This document shows positions 9,297 to 18,699 of a DNA stretch of 64,000 nucleotides, piece after piece. This stretch comes from Terrimicrobiaceae bacterium (GTDB taxonomy: Bacteria; Verrucomicrobiota; Verrucomicrobiia; Chthoniobacterales; Terrimicrobiaceae). How positions within the stretch are numbered: the first letter of the stretch is position 1; every line of letters starts with the position of its first letter. The position numbers and the translations under genes are program-made. The DNA lies in contig JBGSVZ010000113.1 of the NCBI GenBank assembly GCA_041752695.1, positions 52,254 through 116,253 of the forward strand, written 5' to 3'. The notes beneath the pieces are model-generated. The model ran no database searches. It worked only from the letters and a program-made list of their open reading frames with translations, and was not told where the DNA came from.

Positions 9297-9754
9297 AGAC
9301 ATCATCCGAACTCCGCTCCCTCGCCGAGCGACGAGCATGGGACAAAGAAATCGTCGTCTGGCTTGGTTCGATGGATTCGCTCCTGTCGGCCATTCCGGCA
9401 GGATCTGTTGACACAAAGCAACTGGACCTCCTTGATCTGGTATCCGACGAGGATTTCCCCGACGAGGAAGCCCGTTCACAGTTCCGACGTGCCCTTGATT
9501 CTCAATTGAAATCGCTCAAGCCACTGCCGGGAGAGCGACGCATTCTCATCGTCACCTCCACATCATTGCTGGCTCACTTCAACACGGGCCTCGCTGGATT
9601 CTTCGATTGGTTCTGCACGGATCGAAGCATGGTCATCCTGCATCTGGATGGCAGACCGGAGAAGCTATCGCTTCCGGCAGAGTTCGAGTTCCGTGCGGAC
9701 GCACTTCTCGACTACCTCGTTCAACCCGACCACGCCAAAGCAATCTACGCCTGA
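9293..9754 (+). CDS. Putative BrxF/BrxB-like inactive P-loop-fold protein
   Basis: GTGA overlap, ~153 aa, directly upstream of the ATPase as in BREX loci. Confidence 0.45.
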   Translation: MKTSSELRSLAERRAWDKEIVVWLGSMDSLLSAIPAGSVDTKQLDLLDLVSDEDFPDEEARSQFRRALDSQLKSLKPLPGERRILIVTSTSLLAHFNTGLAGFFDWFCTDRSMVILHLDGRPEKLSLPAEFEFRADALLDYLVQPDHAKAIYA

Positions 9755-9759
9755 TCCTT

Positions 9760-10143
9760 ATGTCCAAACTCCCGGCTCTCAGCAAAATTCTGTCGCTCAA
9801 GCCAGAGCCGCAGACCACACCCACACTCAATCAGATTATCCAGCAGTCCGAGGCGCGGCAGACGGTATCCGATTACCTGTTCACGCCATCGCTTCGGGTT
9901 CACGCCAAGAAAATCTTCGAGTGCGTCGTCCACAGCAAGGGACAGGGATTCTGGGTTCAAGCGGAATACGGTGCGGGCAAGACATCGCTTCTGGGCACGA
10001 TCCTCTGTCTGCTCATGTGGGGGAAGGATGACGGCGTTTGGGATGCTCTGCAGGATAAGGATCTTCGTGACGAATACCAACATGCCGTCGAGAAGCGGAA
10101 ACTTTTCCCCATCGCGTTCTCGATGAAGGGACTCGGTGATGAA
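9760..10143 (+). pseudogene. 5' fragment of a BrxC/PglY (DUF6079-like) P-loop ATPase, truncated
   Basis: DYLFTP...GQGFWVQAEYGAGKT Walker A; no Walker B; protein-like sequence ends at FPIAFSMKGLGDE. Confidence 0.7.
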
Positions 10144-10312
10144 ACAGCAAGAAGACGGAGCACGCCTTCTTCAGGCTCTCGAAGCATTGATTTCTACGGA
10201 CGAAAATCCGACGACGAGCGCAATTGGGCGCGCCATGGGCTGCTCGCGACGCGAGGTCGAAAAGATCGTCCGGGATGTTCGCAGTCGGGCACGGATGCGT
10301 TTTTTACAATAA
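10139..10312 (+). pseudogene. 57-aa HTH fragment (sigma-region-4-like), probably the 3' end of another gene
   Basis: Manual translation MKQQEDGARLLQALEALISTDENPTTSAIGRAMGCSRREVEKIVRDVRSRARMRFLQ*. Confidence 0.5.
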
Positions 10313-10484
10313 AGGCCGTTTTGCATCGTTGCAGGAGGTCGATATCACATTCCGCAAGACGAGTATCAGGGAGATGAAGCACGAATCCGCGTCCTCGACT
10401 TCCGGTCTCACCTTGCATCCGGTGAGCGCGAAATGTCCATACGTTCGCGTTCAGACCGGCGTCCCCATCCTTGCCTGGTCAGAT

Positions 10485-10826
10485 TCAAGAAAGCGTTGGT
10501 TCCCCGTTGGCCGTCGACGTTGCTGCCTTGCGGGAGGAATTCCGTTCACGCCATTCTCCCTGAATCGCTTGGGTGGCCTTACTCAGCCAGTCCCGGTCTT
10601 CGGCCAATCGAAACAGTTCCCGTGTTGCGAACCACTTGGATGCCTTCAAAGCCGGCTTACCCAATGGCTTCAGGAAATTCTTCGAAACCAATACACCGAT
10701 TTCGACGTCGGTCATGCCGAGCACGACTCCGGCTCCCATTGTATTCGTTCGCGCGGGAGGACGCTCGGAAAGCAAAAGCAGCTTCGTGAGCAACTCTGCT
10801 TCCTCCTGTTTCGACAACGCTTTCAT
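10485..10826 (-). CDS. Small HTH DNA-binding protein, excisionase/AlpA-like
   Basis: PAR.....A..LGM....I..LV....LKPLG.P....KWFA pattern; lies ~200 bp from att. Confidence 0.55.
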   Translation of the reverse strand: MKALSKQEEAELLTKLLLLSERPPARTNTMGAGVVLGMTDVEIGVLVSKNFLKPLGKPALKASKWFATRELFRLAEDRDWLSKATQAIQGEWRERNSSRKAATSTANGEPTLS

Positions 10827-11017
10827 GATTCTACCTGGTTATACCAGCGGCCCGGCGAACTGGGACGGACTTTTTTCAACGCATTTGAAAAATTCGCCGG
10901 AAACGCGGACACCAACTGTCAGTAAAGGTGTCAGTGGCAGCGAAACCTCATAGGTCTTGCATACGTATCATTTCTTCCGTAATTTCTCTTAATTAACTGC
11001 TTATGAACCACTTACAA

Positions 11018-11038
11018 GTTCGATTCCGTCCCCCGCCT
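11018..11038 (+). mobile_element. att site: 3' fragment of a tRNA (T-loop, T-stem 3' strand, acceptor 3' strand), most consistent with tRNA-Cys
   Basis: G-TTCGATT-CCGTC-CCCCGCC-T; GCC+U73 end typical of tRNA-Cys; no 5' tRNA half upstream. Confidence 0.8.
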
Positions 11039-11153
11039 CTCCTTCGGTCCGGCAGTGGCCTCCATCGAAGATTGCCTCGCTCGCTCCCGCGAGTCTCGCC
11101 CTTTGGGCTGCGCTGCGCGCAGGCTCCCCCGAGCCTTCCCTAGGCTCAGGTGG

Positions 11154-11168
11154 TCCGTCCCCCGCCTC
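11154..11168 (+). repeat. Second copy of the tRNA 3' end (15-bp direct repeat of 11025-11039)
   Basis: TCCGTCCCCCGCCTC identical at both positions. Confidence 0.85.
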
Positions 11169-11224
11169 CCCTTCCAACCGCAGGTGCGGTCAGGTTTTCC
11201 GTGCGAGGGCCTGCTGGAGATGGG

Positions 11225-12058
11225 CTACTCTTTTTTCGAACCCTTGGTGGCCTGCCAGGGCGTGTCCGACTCGTTCATTTTCAGCGAGTTCATGACGACA
11301 AATAGAACGGCGTCGAGCATTTCGGAATTGGTCCGAAACACATCAGTGACTCCAGCGGGCACTTCCCAGGTCGCCGGCACGAGGGAGGGGCCGAAACGTA
11401 AGTCGGTGATGTCCACCGTCGCGGTAAAGTCAGGCTGGGTGATGACAAATCGTTTGGGCACGTAACCCGCTCCGACCCACATCTGGGCGCGGAATCCCGC
11501 GGCTTTGGCGGCTTTCGCCACCTCCGGCATGAGGGCCGCTGAGATCACCCGGCATTCTTCGCCATTGAGGTCGGCCATTTCCGCCTGATCGGCTTTGAGA
11601 ATGGTGAAGATGGCCGGCAAAAAGATCGCCTGCTGAGCCGTAACAGGCAGGTAGAGCGGCGTCTTGGACTTCCGGGTGGGTGGTGGTTTGGCGTCAAATT
11701 TGCTGAGCAGAAACTCCACCTTGGCACCCGGTGTGGCCCAGACGGCGTCGCCATTGCGGCAGACGGTGATCACTTCGCCCATCACAGGGGCCTGAAGCTT
11801 CACCTTGTCGGGAAACTCCACAGCGGCCTTGAGCGTGGCGCCTTCCATGGTTTTCGGCAGGCGGCCCGTCACTTCCGTCATGACGATGGTCATCGTGCAG
11901 GCCTGGTTCGGGCTTTTTGTCGCCGCCAGGAGGACACTCCAGAACGGGGCAAAAACCTTGCCGATCACGTCATAGGGATTGTCACGCGGTGCCCCGTCCT
12001 GGGCTCTCGCGAGGGGCGCTGCCAGCAGCAGGGCGGGAACAAGCAAATAGCGAATCAT
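11225..12058 (-). CDS. Secreted protein, LolA-like fold possible
   Basis: Signal peptide MIRYLLVPALLLAAPLARA; beta-rich. Confidence 0.7.
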   Translation of the reverse strand: MIRYLLVPALLLAAPLARAQDGAPRDNPYDVIGKVFAPFWSVLLAATKSPNQACTMTIVMTEVTGRLPKTMEGATLKAAVEFPDKVKLQAPVMGEVITVCRNGDAVWATPGAKVEFLLSKFDAKPPPTRKSKTPLYLPVTAQQAIFLPAIFTILKADQAEMADLNGEECRVISAALMPEVAKAAKAAGFRAQMWVGAGYVPKRFVITQPDFTATVDITDLRFGPSLVPATWEVPAGVTDVFRTNSEMLDAVLFVVMNSLKMNESDTPWQATKGSKKE

Positions 12059-12195
12059 GCCCGCACAGATAGACGGGAACGCGGGCGGGGGCAACGGCTT
12101 TGGAGGAAAAAAGGCGGGCGGGCGGCAGGAACGCGCAAGACGGCGGAATTTTTTTCTCCCGGTTTCGCCCGGTTCTTGTTTAGGTGGCACGGGAA

Positions 12196-12951
12196 ATGAT
12201 GGGCCTTTCGTTCATACTGGCCTCGGGGCTCTATTTTGCCTTCGAGAATTCGACCTTCGAAGGGAAGGCTGTCTTGCTGGGCCTTTTCCTCGCCTCGATC
12301 TTCAGTTGGTCCGTGATGGTGACGAAATTCCGCATGCTGAACTTCGCCAAACGCCAGTCGGAACGTTTCTCCGCCCTCTTTCACCGCGACCGCATGCCCC
12401 TGCGCATCTTTGAACAGGAACTGCGCTTCGAGGGGTCGCCGCAGTATGAAATCTACGAAGCCGGCTGTGAGGAGCTTTGCTTTCAGCTGCTCGGATCGAC
12501 CGAAATTGACGAAACCTATCGCGCCCGACTGGAAAGTGCCGACAAAATTACGCCCGCGCAAATGCGTGCCGTGCAGGCCGCGATGGAACGCGCGGTGGGC
12601 GAAGCCGGGCTCAAGCTCGAGTCGCAGATGATCATTCTCTCCACCGCGGTGAGCGGCGCGCCCTTTCTCGGGCTGCTGGGCACGGTGTGGGGCGTGATGG
12701 ATGCTTTCAGCGGGGTGGCCCAATCGGGCAGCGCCAACCTCGCGGCAATGGCTCCCGGCGTTTCCGGTGCCCTGATCACCACCGTCGTGGGCCTCCTCGT
12801 CGCCATTCCCGCCATGTTCGGCTACAACTTTCTCGTCACGAGCGTGCGGTCCATGATTGTGCAGGCGGAAAACTTCGCCGCAGAACTGGCCTCGGAAATC
12901 GAACACCGTTTCGTCGAGCACGGCTCTCGCGATTCCCGAAAGGCGTTTTGA
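12196..12951 (+). CDS. MotA/TolQ/ExbB proton channel
   Basis: APFLGLLGTVWGVM, APGVSGALITTVVGLLVAIPA. Confidence 0.93.
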   Translation: MMGLSFILASGLYFAFENSTFEGKAVLLGLFLASIFSWSVMVTKFRMLNFAKRQSERFSALFHRDRMPLRIFEQELRFEGSPQYEIYEAGCEELCFQLLGSTEIDETYRARLESADKITPAQMRAVQAAMERAVGEAGLKLESQMIILSTAVSGAPFLGLLGTVWGVMDAFSGVAQSGSANLAAMAPGVSGALITTVVGLLVAIPAMFGYNFLVTSVRSMIVQAENFAAELASEIEHRFVEHGSRDSRKAF

Positions 12952-12954
12952 CCC

Positions 12955-13374
12955 ATGCGCCGGTTTAGCAGTCGGAACGCCCTCCAGACGGTCACGGAGT
13001 TAAACATCACTCCGTTGCTCGATTTGTGTTTTGTCCTCCTGATAATTTTTATGATCACGACGCCCATGATGGAAAACAGCGTCGACCTGGTGGTTCCTTC
13101 CAGCGCCACAGCCAACACCCAAGTCAAACCTTCCGAGGTGCAGATGATTGAGATGGATCGCAACGATGTGATCAAACTCAACGACCAGATCACATCCCTC
13201 GCCGAACTCGAACCCCAACTCGCCGCCCTGAAAGACGCCGACCCGCAGGTTTCCGTGATCGTCCGGCCCGACCGCGACCTCGCCATTCAAAAATTTGTCA
13301 CCGTGATGGATGTCCTCAAACGCGTGGGGATCGGACGGGTGGGTGTGATGACCCGGCCGGAGGAGCAGAAATGA
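12955..13374 (+). CDS. ExbD/TolR protein
   Basis: ELNITPLLDLCFVLLIIFMIT. Confidence 0.93.
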   Translation: MRRFSSRNALQTVTELNITPLLDLCFVLLIIFMITTPMMENSVDLVVPSSATANTQVKPSEVQMIEMDRNDVIKLNDQITSLAELEPQLAALKDADPQVSVIVRPDRDLAIQKFVTVMDVLKRVGIGRVGVMTRPEEQK

Positions 13375-13404
13375 TGCCGGGCACCGGCCATTTTCCCTCC
13401 TGAG

Positions 13405-14358
13405 ATGGACCGCTGGCGTTTCCGGCGAAACCTGATCGTTGTCGCCCTTTTTCACATTCTGATCCTCGGGGCGATCCTCTATTACGCGCGACGCGAGGTC
13501 GTCAACCCCGTCGGCGGCAATGTCGTCTGGATGGACCCCGGGGCCTTCACCGCCGCGGCGGCCGAGTTGGATCCCGGGGATCCGGAACCAGCGCAAACCC
13601 CCGAGCCCACTCCAGAACCGACTCCTCCCCCCACCCCCGAGCCCACTCCGCCGCCAACACCGGAACCGCCCCCACCGACCCCAGAGCCCGTTCCCGTTGA
13701 GGAGACCATCCCGTTAAATACACCGACGCCAACACCGACGCCCACTCCCAAACCGACGGCCACGCCCACTCCCAAACCCAGCGCGACTCCGAAACCCACC
13801 CCCAAGCCGACGCCGAAACCCACGCCAAAACCTTCCCCCAAACCGTCGCCCAAGCCCTCCCCCAAGGCCAGCCCTAACCCAAGTCCCAAAGCGTCCCCCA
13901 AGGCGTCGCCCAAACCCTCCGCCTCGCCAAAGTCATCGCCTGGCGCAGCCAAGGCTTCGGGATCGCCGGCCCCCAACGCGAAGACGGGAACGTCGAACTC
14001 CAGCGGCAGCGGCGAGGCCAAGTCGGGTGACGGCGCTGCCTCGAAAGCCGGGGGTCCCGGCGGAGGCGGCTCGCAATTCGGGTGGTACCACGACCTCATC
14101 CACGATCGTTTTTACAGCCAGTGGGAACAGCCGAAATCCATCTTCGACAGCTCCAAGGCCTTTGTCGCAACCCTGCAGATCCGGATTGAGAAGAATGGGA
14201 AAATTTCCGAAGTGAAGATTCTGAAATCGAGCGGCAATGTAGTGATGGACGAGTCCGTGCTCGAAGCAGCCAAGCGGGTTCTCCAGATCGACCCGCTGCC
14301 CCCAGGGCTTGGGGGCGGAAGTTCCTACACTGTAAACATCAATTTCGAGCTGGAGTAA
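13405..14358 (+). CDS. TonB/TolA-family energy transducer
   Basis: N-terminal TM, PT/PK/PS-rich linker, C-terminal KSSGN..MDESV..A domain. Confidence 0.9.
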   Translation: MDRWRFRRNLIVVALFHILILGAILYYARREVVNPVGGNVVWMDPGAFTAAAAELDPGDPEPAQTPEPTPEPTPPPTPEPTPPPTPEPPPPTPEPVPVEETIPLNTPTPTPTPTPKPTATPTPKPSATPKPTPKPTPKPTPKPSPKPSPKPSPKASPNPSPKASPKASPKPSASPKSSPGAAKASGSPAPNAKTGTSNSSGSGEAKSGDGAASKAGGPGGGGSQFGWYHDLIHDRFYSQWEQPKSIFDSSKAFVATLQIRIEKNGKISEVKILKSSGNVVMDESVLEAAKRVLQIDPLPPGLGGGSSYTVNINFELE

Positions 14359-14420
14359 GTTTTTGCCATTTAAGCGTTTGCGAAATTTCCAGATCTCCGC
14401 ATATTTCCCCACCAAATAAA

Positions 14421-14849
14421 ATGGCGGAAGGAAGCAGCTTAAATCAGACCAACAAATTCAGAGCGGTCAAGGAAGTCTCGGTCATGGTCTGGGTGGAAAA
14501 CCAGTTTGGCCACGTTCTCCTGCTCAAGCAGCTTCGCGGCAACAAACTCTGGACCCTGCCCGGCGGCAAGGTTCGCCCCCGTGAGTCCCTGCTGGATGCG
14601 CTGCATCGCGAGGTGATGGAAGAGACCGGCCTAAAGATTGAGTCGATCATCTTTTGCCACTATTTCGACCGCGCGGAAAAAGGGGTCATCACCTTCCTCT
14701 ATCGCGCCCGGATCAAGGGCCGCAACGACACCGTTTTTCCCAAGGCGAACGAGATCGAAACCGCCCGGTACAGCGCCTCGTTGCCCCGCGACGCGACCCC
14801 TTCGTTGAATTATTTCTGGAAACGCATTCAGAACGATCGCAAGGGGTAG
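14421..14849 (+). CDS. NUDIX hydrolase
   Basis: LPGGKVRPRESLLDALHREVMEETGL Nudix box. Confidence 0.9.
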   Translation: MAEGSSLNQTNKFRAVKEVSVMVWVENQFGHVLLLKQLRGNKLWTLPGGKVRPRESLLDALHREVMEETGLKIESIIFCHYFDRAEKGVITFLYRARIKGRNDTVFPKANEIETARYSASLPRDATPSLNYFWKRIQNDRKG

Positions 14850-14855
14850 CTTCCC

Positions 14856-16622
14856 TTACTTCTTCCACTTCTTTTTGAAGGGTGGCTTGAAGTCACGGTC
14901 GGATTTGGCGGCCGCCATCACCTTCATGGGTTTGATCTGAATGTCGCGTCCCTGGTAGTCCACGGAATTTCCGTCGGCCGAGAGGCCCTGCGCAAAACTC
15001 TCCGGCACCTGGGCGAAGGATTCGTTGCGAGACAGTTCGATCATGCCAACATTTCGACCGGGCAGACCGGAACTGTTTGCGATGAGGTCCACGATCTCTC
15101 GCGGTCCGAATCCATCGCCTTTGCCGACACTGAGGGAGATCCACTGGAATCCCCGGGACGGCGCGCGCAGGAAAGGTTTCCGCTCGAAGGATTCCCGCGG
15201 CGCCTCTTCGCGAAATTCCTCGCGGGCGGGCGGGCGGGGCTGCGGCTTTTTTTCGAAAGCGGGCGGCGCATCATGAAAGCGGGGGGCTTCCTTCGCGGCG
15301 GGCGCAGTCTTCGAGGGCGCAGCAGGAGCGTCGGTTCCCCCGATGAGCAGGTGAAAAAGGGCGGCGGCGATGTCGGTTGAGTTCAACCCCTCCTCCAGCA
15401 GACGGTCCACCAGCGAGGAACGGGACTGGTAAGACTCTCCCTCGAGGACGAGACGCACGCGGTCCAGCAAGGCGCCTGAGCGTTTTTCCTCGACCTCGTT
15501 GACGCTGGGAATCGTGCCGCGGCGGATCTTCGCTTTGGTGAAACGCTCGATGAACTGGAGCTTGTAGATGTCGCGGCCCGTGACAAACGTCATCGCCATG
15601 CCGCGTTTGCCCGCGCGCCCAGTGCGGCCGATGCGGTGGACGTAATCTTCGGCGTCATAGGGCAGGTCGTAATTCACCACGAGTTCCAGATCGTCCACGT
15701 CAATCCCACGGGCGGCCACGTCGGTGGCGACAAGGAACTCGAACTCGGAATTTTTGAATTTGTTCATCACCCGCGTGCGCTGCGCCTGGGCAATGCCACC
15801 GTGCAGCCGGTCCGCCGCGAAACCCTGCGCGAGCAGCGCGTCGGCCAGTTCATCCACCATGCGCTGGGTGTTACAAAAGATGATGCCGAGTTTAAATCCG
15901 TGGTAGTCGATCAGGCGGATGAGGGTTTCCAGTTTCACCCGGAAATGCACTTCATAATACCATTGTTCGATCGCAGGGGAGGCCACTTCCTTCTGCTCGA
16001 TTTTGACCATCTCGGGAGAACGCGCGTAGCGGTTGATCAGGTCGCGGATGACCTTGGAAACGGTGGCGGAGAAGAAGACGGTCTGGCGTTCCTTCGGCGT
16101 CGCCTGGAGGATTTTTTCGATGTCCTCGCGGAAGCCCATGTCGAGCATGCGATCCGCCTCGTCGAGGATGACGACCTTGAGCGAATCGAGGCGCAGGGTG
16201 CCGCGATCGAGATGGTCGATCAGTCGTCCGGGCGTGCCGATGACAATCTGCACGCCTTTTTTCAGTTCGAAAAACTGACGGTCATACGACGCACCGCCGT
16301 AGATCGGCACGGCATGAATGCCGCGTTTGAAAGCCGTGAGTTTATGCACCTCGTCGGCGACCTGGGTGGCAAGTTCACGCGTGGGGCAAAGGATGAGAAC
16401 CTGCACGGCATTGCTCGACGCGTCGATTTTTTCGATGGCCGGAATGGCGAAGGCGGCCGTCTTGCCGGAGCCCGTCTGCGACTGTCCGACCACGTCCACC
16501 CCGCGCATGAGAACTGGGATGGCGGCGGCCTGGATCGGCGAAGCCTCCTCAAATCCCAGCGCCTCCACGGCCTTGAGAATTTCCGGCGAAAGGCCGAGCG
16601 ATGCGAAAGTGGGTTTGTCCAT
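14856..16622 (-). CDS. deaD: DEAD-box RNA helicase (DeaD/CsdA type, DbpA-like C-terminal domain)
   Basis: QTGSGKT, PTRELA, DEAD, SAT, ARGID, HRIGRTGRAG. Confidence 0.92.
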   Translation of the reverse strand: MDKPTFASLGLSPEILKAVEALGFEEASPIQAAAIPVLMRGVDVVGQSQTGSGKTAAFAIPAIEKIDASSNAVQVLILCPTRELATQVADEVHKLTAFKRGIHAVPIYGGASYDRQFFELKKGVQIVIGTPGRLIDHLDRGTLRLDSLKVVILDEADRMLDMGFREDIEKILQATPKERQTVFFSATVSKVIRDLINRYARSPEMVKIEQKEVASPAIEQWYYEVHFRVKLETLIRLIDYHGFKLGIIFCNTQRMVDELADALLAQGFAADRLHGGIAQAQRTRVMNKFKNSEFEFLVATDVAARGIDVDDLELVVNYDLPYDAEDYVHRIGRTGRAGKRGMAMTFVTGRDIYKLQFIERFTKAKIRRGTIPSVNEVEEKRSGALLDRVRLVLEGESYQSRSSLVDRLLEEGLNSTDIAAALFHLLIGGTDAPAAPSKTAPAAKEAPRFHDAPPAFEKKPQPRPPAREEFREEAPRESFERKPFLRAPSRGFQWISLSVGKGDGFGPREIVDLIANSSGLPGRNVGMIELSRNESFAQVPESFAQGLSADGNSVDYQGRDIQIKPMKVMAAAKSDRDFKPPFKKKWKK

Positions 16623-16678
16623 AGCAGGGCACTGTATCGTGAACCGCCCGGGGCGTCACGGATTCCGGCAAAAAGAAA

Positions 16679-17389
16679 TCACCGCCGCGAAGCAACGATG
16701 CCGTCGGCGATGCGTTCCGCCAGCCGCTGCCGGTACATGGCATTCTGCGCGTAGCGGTTGTCCTGGGGGTTGGAAAGGAAACCCAGCTCGCACAGGACGG
16801 CCGGACGCCGATTGTGGCGCAGGACGTAATAATTATTGCGTTTCACCCCCCGATTGTTGGTTGGATAGACCCGCAGGGTTTGCTGGAGGATATTGACCGC
16901 GAGGGCGCGGGAGCGAGGGTTGTAGTAATACATCTCGATCCCCCGCGGGCTGGACCTTCGTGCCCAGTTGTAATGGACACTGACAAAGATCGAATTTCCG
17001 GTGCGGTTGGCGGTGTTCACCCGGGTTCCGAGCGGGATGAAATGATCGGACTGCCGGGTTTCAATGACACGAAATCCCCGGCTCCGCAGGACTTTCGCCA
17101 GCCGCTGCGCGGTGTCGAGAGCGAGAATTTTTTCCGGGTAACCCGAAACCGCTTTTGCCCCGCGGTCCGAACCCCCGTGACCGGCATCGACGATGACGGT
17201 GTCGAAGTGGCCCACCCCGCCACTACTGCTAAAGTCGTTGGAGCATCCGGCCAAGAGAAGAAGCGCCAAGCCAAACGCCGCACGCAGTGCGACACGAATT
17301 TGGTCAATGGTCTTCCTCATACGCATTCCTGTTCCTTCCCTGTCCTGACCAGCTTGGAACGTGCGCAACCTAATGGACTCCGCCCTCAA
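16679..17389 (-). CDS. N-acetylmuramoyl-L-alanine amidase (Amidase_3), lipoprotein; true start probably ~17320
   Basis: DAGHGG, EK, FVSVH, AVLCELGFLSN; LLAGC lipobox. Confidence 0.9.
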   Translation of the reverse strand: MRAESIRLRTFQAGQDREGTGMRMRKTIDQIRVALRAAFGLALLLLAGCSNDFSSSGGVGHFDTVIVDAGHGGSDRGAKAVSGYPEKILALDTAQRLAKVLRSRGFRVIETRQSDHFIPLGTRVNTANRTGNSIFVSVHYNWARRSSPRGIEMYYYNPRSRALAVNILQQTLRVYPTNNRGVKRNNYYVLRHNRRPAVLCELGFLSNPQDNRYAQNAMYRQRLAERIADGIVASRR

Positions 17390-17440
17390 AGCAACAATTT
17401 AGTCTCGCCACGGGCGCAGTGACACGCGACTGGTGAGGAC

Positions 17441-18199
17441 ATGCTGGCGAAACGCATCATCCCCTGCCTCGACGTGACCGACGGACGCGTGGTGAAGGGC
17501 ACCAAATTTCTCGATCTGCGCGACGCGGGGGATCCCGTCGAATGCGCCAAGGCCTACGACGCGCAAGGGGCGGACGAATTGGTTTTTCTCGACATCACCG
17601 CTTCAAGCGACGGTCGCGCCACGATGGTTGATGTGGTGGCCCAGACGGCGGAACAATGTTTCATGCCGCTCACAGTGGGCGGGGGCATCCGCACGGTGGA
17701 GGATTTTCGCATCATGCTGCTGGCGGGCGCGGACAAAGTGAGTGTGAACACCGCCGCCATCCACAACCCCCTACTGGTCAGCGAGGCCGCGCAAGCCTTT
17801 GGTTCGCAATGTGTGGTGGTGGCCATCGACGCAAAGCGGGACGGCCCGGGACGCTGGCGCGTTTACACGCATGGTGGACGCAAGCCTACGGAACTCGACG
17901 CCGTCGCCTGGGCTTCCGAAGTCGCGAGGCTGGGGGCGGGGGAAATTTTGCTCACCAGCATGGACGCGGATGGAACCTGTGGCGGATATGACATCGAACT
18001 GACCGCCGCGGTCAGCGAAGCGGTGAGCATCCCGGTGATCGCCAGTGGTGGCGCGGGCGATTTAAGCCATCTGGCCGATGTGCTCGATGAAGGGAAGGCG
18101 GACGCGGTGCTGGCCGCGAGCATCTTTCATTTCGGCACGTATTCGATCCGTCAGGCCAAGGAATATCTCGCCGGCCGGGACATCCCGGTGCGGCTCTGA
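17441..18199 (+). CDS. hisF: Imidazole glycerol phosphate synthase cyclase subunit
   Basis: [31 protein letters not shown]. Confidence 0.97.
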   Translation: MLAKRIIPCLDVTDGRVVKGTKFLDLRDAGDPVECAKAYDAQGADELVFLDITASSDGRATMVDVVAQTAEQCFMPLTVGGGIRTVEDFRIMLLAGADKVSVNTAAIHNPLLVSEAAQAFGSQCVVVAIDAKRDGPGRWRVYTHGGRKPTELDAVAWASEVARLGAGEILLTSMDADGTCGGYDIELTAAVSEAVSIPVIASGGAGDLSHLADVLDEGKADAVLAASIFHFGTYSIRQAKEYLAGRDIPVRL

Positions 18200-18244
18200 G
18201 TCTTCCGGGTTGAGATTCTGGCGGCGGTCGGTTAAGGAATACCC

Positions 18245-18688
18245 ATGCCCGAAATCCTTCTCACTCCCGAGGCCATCCTCAACCGCCTACGCGGCGAGGG
18301 CATGCGCATCACCGGGAGCAGACGCAGCATTTTGGATGTGCTCTTCGAGGCCGAAAAACCTCTCTCCCTCCAGGATATCCAGGACCTGGCGGTCGCGAAA
18401 GGCGAGTCACCGGACTACGCCACCGTTTTTCGCCTGATGACCCTGCTGGAGCGGTTGCATCTCGTCCATAAGGTGAACCTCCAGCGATCCTGCAGCTACT
18501 ACGAACTGCACGATCCCGCCAAGCACTACGATCACATCGTCTGCACGGATTGCGGCAAGGTCGTCGTAATCGACATCCCCTGCCCGCTCGGGGACACCGA
18601 AAAACAAATCGCCGAGCACTACGGCTTTCGAAACCTCACCCACTCGCTGGAGTTTTTCGGGCGCTGCCCGGAGTGCCTGGCGGCTTGA
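18245..18688 (+). CDS. Fur-family transcriptional regulator
   Basis: ATVFR, H.DHIVC..CGK, FFG.C..C. Confidence 0.92.
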   Translation: MPEILLTPEAILNRLRGEGMRITGSRRSILDVLFEAEKPLSLQDIQDLAVAKGESPDYATVFRLMTLLERLHLVHKVNLQRSCSYYELHDPAKHYDHIVCTDCGKVVVIDIPCPLGDTEKQIAEHYGFRNLTHSLEFFGRCPECLAA

Positions 18689-18699
18689 TCGTCACCACT

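Larger units (their letters stand above)
1..11038. mobile_element. Right-hand part of a genomic island/integrative element ending at a tRNA-derived att site; left end lies outside the window
   Basis: Defence/repair and hypothetical cargo, Xis-like gene, tandem 7-mer repeats and AT-rich tract, then a tRNA 3' fragment at 11018-11038 after which housekeeping genes begin. No integrase in window. Confidence 0.75.

Noticed and set aside
9607..10377. 256-aa ORF as an intact gene
   Set aside because: Its first 51 codons overlap the upstream gene and its tail after ~10143 is out-of-frame read-through; treated as a truncated ATPase
10960..11040. Complete tRNA gene
   Set aside because: Only the T-loop and 3' strands are present; upstream bases cannot form D, anticodon or acceptor 5' strands
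13585..13940. Dense short tandem repeats (CCCAAGCC/CCGAC-like)
   Set aside because: They encode the Pro-rich TonB linker in frame; no repeat-spacer structure, not CRISPR
17441..18199. hisF outside a his operon; sugar ABC cluster without an ATPase gene
   Set aside because: Dispersed his genes and shared ABC ATPases are common; not notable
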